A stretch of 64,000 nt of DNA, taken from NCBI GenBank assembly GCA_001805965.1, contig MHHG01000055.1:3680-67679 (forward strand), in the 5' to 3' direction. The position numbers and the translations under genes are program-made. This DNA is from Omnitrophica WOR_2 bacterium RIFOXYA2_FULL_38_17. Lineage in GTDB: Bacteria; Omnitrophota; Gorgyraeia; Zapsychrales; Zapsychraceae. Positions 61,578-64,000 of the stretch are shown in pieces; the stretch's first letter is position 1; each line of letters starts with the position of its first letter. A model generated the notes under the pieces. That model was not told the origin of the DNA. It did no database searches and was given only the letters and a program-made list of their open reading frames with translations.

Positions 61578-63911
61578 TTAGGTCAATCTTTCAATTAAAT
61601 CTATTACAACATTGATGTTGCCAGACTTTTCTATTATTGGGATTTCACCAAGTTCACCACATTCTTCCTTAACCTCACTTAAACGTTTATCTGTAAGAAC
61701 TATTATCGGGATCGCTGCGTACTGAGAATTCTGTTTTAATCTTCCCAAAACCTCATATCCGTTCATATTTGGCATGACAATATCAAGCAATATTAAATCT
61801 GTTTTTTTTGTTTTTAAATAATCCAGCGCCTCTTCACCATCAAAAACCTGTTCTGTAATAATGCCGTAGCGGCCCAATCTTGTTGAAAGCAATCTTCCGA
61901 TCTGCGGATGATCATCAACAATCAATACTTTTTTCTTTTTTTCGCATTCTTCTAAAGCCCTTATTGCTAATTCATTCTTATTCCGACCATCTTTTGGATG
62001 GAAAGCCAATCCAAACTTTACTTTTATCCCCAAGTCATCTTTCATCATGGCAATTCTCTCACGCAAAGCGCCCTTTATTTTCTCTAATAAGACCATCCCG
62101 CCTTTTTTATCTGTATCAGCAAGGGCAATATGAATTGTATCTTTATCATATAAGATATATTTATCTGTTGTCCTTGAAAGCGATCTTGACAATATTTCAA
62201 AAGCAATATTTATGATTTTATTAGCAAATGCTTCTCCATACTTGGTCATGACCATATCAATGCCCATAAAACGAGCAACAATAAAAACAGAATCCTTATT
62301 CTTTATTTTTGTCTCTGAAAATATCCAATCAACATCATGATCAAATTTTTGCTTTAATTTCAATTTGCTTGGAAGAGTAAAAAAGAAAGTTGCACCCTTA
62401 CCTGTCTCGCTCTCTGCCCAGATTTGCCCGTCATGAAGGTCAATTAAAGATTTGCTTATAGTCAAGCCTAAGCCCGTACCTTTTATTCCCGGGCCATGTA
62501 TTCTTCCAAATTGGGTAAATTTATCAAAAAGCTTTGGGATATTCTCCTTTTCAATCCCCAAACCCGTATCTGAAATCCTAAACAGGCATCCTCCATCCTG
62601 CTCATTGATCTCAATCTCTATTTCGCCACCTTCAGGTGTAAATTTATGAGCATTATTCAATAAATTTGTAACGACCTGTATTATTTTATCTTCATCAAGA
62701 AATATAAACATTTCCTTTTCTGGGAATATTGCTCTTATCTTTTGCTGCTTTGTATCTAAAACCTTTCTATATTCATCCGTCAATTTATTTATTATTGCTT
62801 TTAGGTCAACAATGGTCTTTCTAAGAGTGATCTCTCCGGATTCTATTTTAGAAACATCTAATAGATCATTCACAATTGTTTGTAACCTGTGAAGATTGTC
62901 CTTTGAAGCATTTAAAAGCTCTTTTTGCTGTTCATTAATTCCGCCAACAACGCCATCTAAAATAAGGTTTATGCACTCAGTTGATATCGCCAGCGGAGTC
63001 CTTAACTCATGGGAAACAGTGGAAACAAAATCAGATTTCAATTGATCTAATTTTTTTAGTTCCAAATTCTTTCTTTCAAGATTCTTATACAGATTCTTAA
63101 TTGATTCGTTAGTTTTTTGTAGCCCCCAGGATTGTTGTTCCAGCTTATCTCTAGCATTATCTAAATCTTTTTCAGCACTTTTTTTTGCTGTAATATCACT
63201 AAATGATTCGATACCGCCAATAATATGGCCCTCATCATTTTTTAAGATGTCAGAATTCTTAAGAATAGTTATTCTTTCACCATTTTTTCTCTTAATAGAA
63301 CACTCGGTCTCAACAATCGGCTTCTCTACATCATTACTATAAAGCCCGCAGTAAGACTCACAGGGATATTCAGCGAATATATCGCATTTTTTACCAATAA
63401 CCTCTTGGGCGGTATATCCTGTAAGCTCTTCGGCCTTTTTATTCCAGCCAGTTACAACTTTGTTTTCATCAACAGTAAATACAGCGCTCGGAACAACTCT
63501 AAAAATGCGCTCCAAATCCTTATTTGCTTTAATTACAGCTTCCTCAGCATGCTTATACACTGTTATGTCGCTCATTAAATGAATTGAGCCTAATAAATCT
63601 TTATTATCATCAAAAAGAGGTGCCGTTCGGATAAAGAACCATTTATTAAAAATAGGCTCCCAATGCTCCTTTTGTTCATATTTTTTTGAGTCCTTTAGAA
63701 CACAGTATGGACAATCAGATATAGGCTGGTTCTTAGAATGTATGACCTCATAACATTTCTTGTTCAATAAAGCACTTTCATCCTTGCCAATAAACTTTAA
63801 AAAAGCCTTGTTCACTTTCTTTATTCCATTCTCTAGATCAAGAATAAAGATGAAATCTTCTAAAACATCAAAAGCTGGAGACCAAAACCGATTATAATCA
63901 AGATTTTTCAT
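61578..63911 (-). CDS. Soluble hybrid sensor kinase: PAS-PAS-HisKA-HATPase-degenerate GGDEF-REC
   Basis: Two PAS repeats, SHELRTPL, NLLNNA.KFT, DTG.GI, GTGLGL, GGDEF-like segment, LIVDD..LLDIVMP; no TM helix. Confidence 0.88.
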   Translation of the reverse strand: MKNLDYNRFWSPAFDVLEDFIFILDLENGIKKVNKAFLKFIGKDESALLNKKCYEVIHSKNQPISDCPYCVLKDSKKYEQKEHWEPIFNKWFFIRTAPLFDDNKDLLGSIHLMSDITVYKHAEEAVIKANKDLERIFRVVPSAVFTVDENKVVTGWNKKAEELTGYTAQEVIGKKCDIFAEYPCESYCGLYSNDVEKPIVETECSIKRKNGERITILKNSDILKNDEGHIIGGIESFSDITAKKSAEKDLDNARDKLEQQSWGLQKTNESIKNLYKNLERKNLELKKLDQLKSDFVSTVSHELRTPLAISTECINLILDGVVGGINEQQKELLNASKDNLHRLQTIVNDLLDVSKIESGEITLRKTIVDLKAIINKLTDEYRKVLDTKQQKIRAIFPEKEMFIFLDEDKIIQVVTNLLNNAHKFTPEGGEIEIEINEQDGGCLFRISDTGLGIEKENIPKLFDKFTQFGRIHGPGIKGTGLGLTISKSLIDLHDGQIWAESETGKGATFFFTLPSKLKLKQKFDHDVDWIFSETKIKNKDSVFIVARFMGIDMVMTKYGEAFANKIINIAFEILSRSLSRTTDKYILYDKDTIHIALADTDKKGGMVLLEKIKGALRERIAMMKDDLGIKVKFGLAFHPKDGRNKNELAIRALEECEKKKKVLIVDDHPQIGRLLSTRLGRYGIITEQVFDGEEALDYLKTKKTDLILLDIVMPNMNGYEVLGRLKQNSQYAAIPIIVLTDKRLSEVKEECGELGEIPIIEKSGNINVVIDLIERLT

Positions 63912-63956
63912 AGTGTTTAAATACCGTTTTTACAAATTCAATAAAGACTAATATAG

Positions 63957-63965
63957 ATTATAGCA
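63957..63965 (-). promoter_or_regulatory. Extended -10 promoter candidate for the kinase
   Basis: TGcTATAAT 45 nt upstream of the ATG. Confidence 0.5.
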
Positions 63966-64000
63966 ATTTTTGCTTGCCATATAATAAGTATTGCAAAATT

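Noticed and set aside
63962-63979. Sigma54-like TGGCA...TTGC upstream of the kinase
   Set aside because: GG to GC spacing is 12 nt rather than the required 10; an extended -10 fits better

Overview
AT-rich bacterial chromosomal segment (standard code, TGA used as stop) in which every credible gene lies on the minus strand. In transcription order it contains: (1) 63911-48445, a type IVa pilus locus with its own signalling module: a PAS-PAS-HisKA-HATPase-degenerate GGDEF-REC kinase, a CBS protein, a stand-alone receiver, two stand-alone MshEN/T2SSE_N proteins flanking two tandem PilB ATPases with degenerate MshEN motifs, pilC, a secreted coiled-coil protein, a c-di-GMP-I riboswitch, an unannotated 46-49 aa ORF, a structured pilin leader, pilA and pilMNOPQ. 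(2) 48254-37426, housekeeping genes rng, rplU, obgE, proB, proA, nadD, a phosphohexomutase, plsC, rpsA and tyrS, with rpmA missing from its usual place. (3) 37310-7000, an unbroken ribosomal superoperon (tRNA-Thr, rpmG, tRNA-Trp, secE, nusG, rplKAJL, rpoBC, str, S10, spc, alpha) lacking rpmD, the L10 leader and a tufB copy. (4) 6986-1, an aminotransferase, pilT, an isocitrate-dehydrogenase-family enzyme, then lipB, a stand-alone lipoyl domain and glycolipid genes. The secretin implies a diderm cell. My unverified impression is a PVC/Ca. Omnitrophota-like organism. The best candidate for an undescribed system is the multi-layered cyclic-dinucleotide control of the pilus. No mobile elements, CRISPR arrays or rRNA were seen. 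All family calls come from motif recognition by eye, not database searches.
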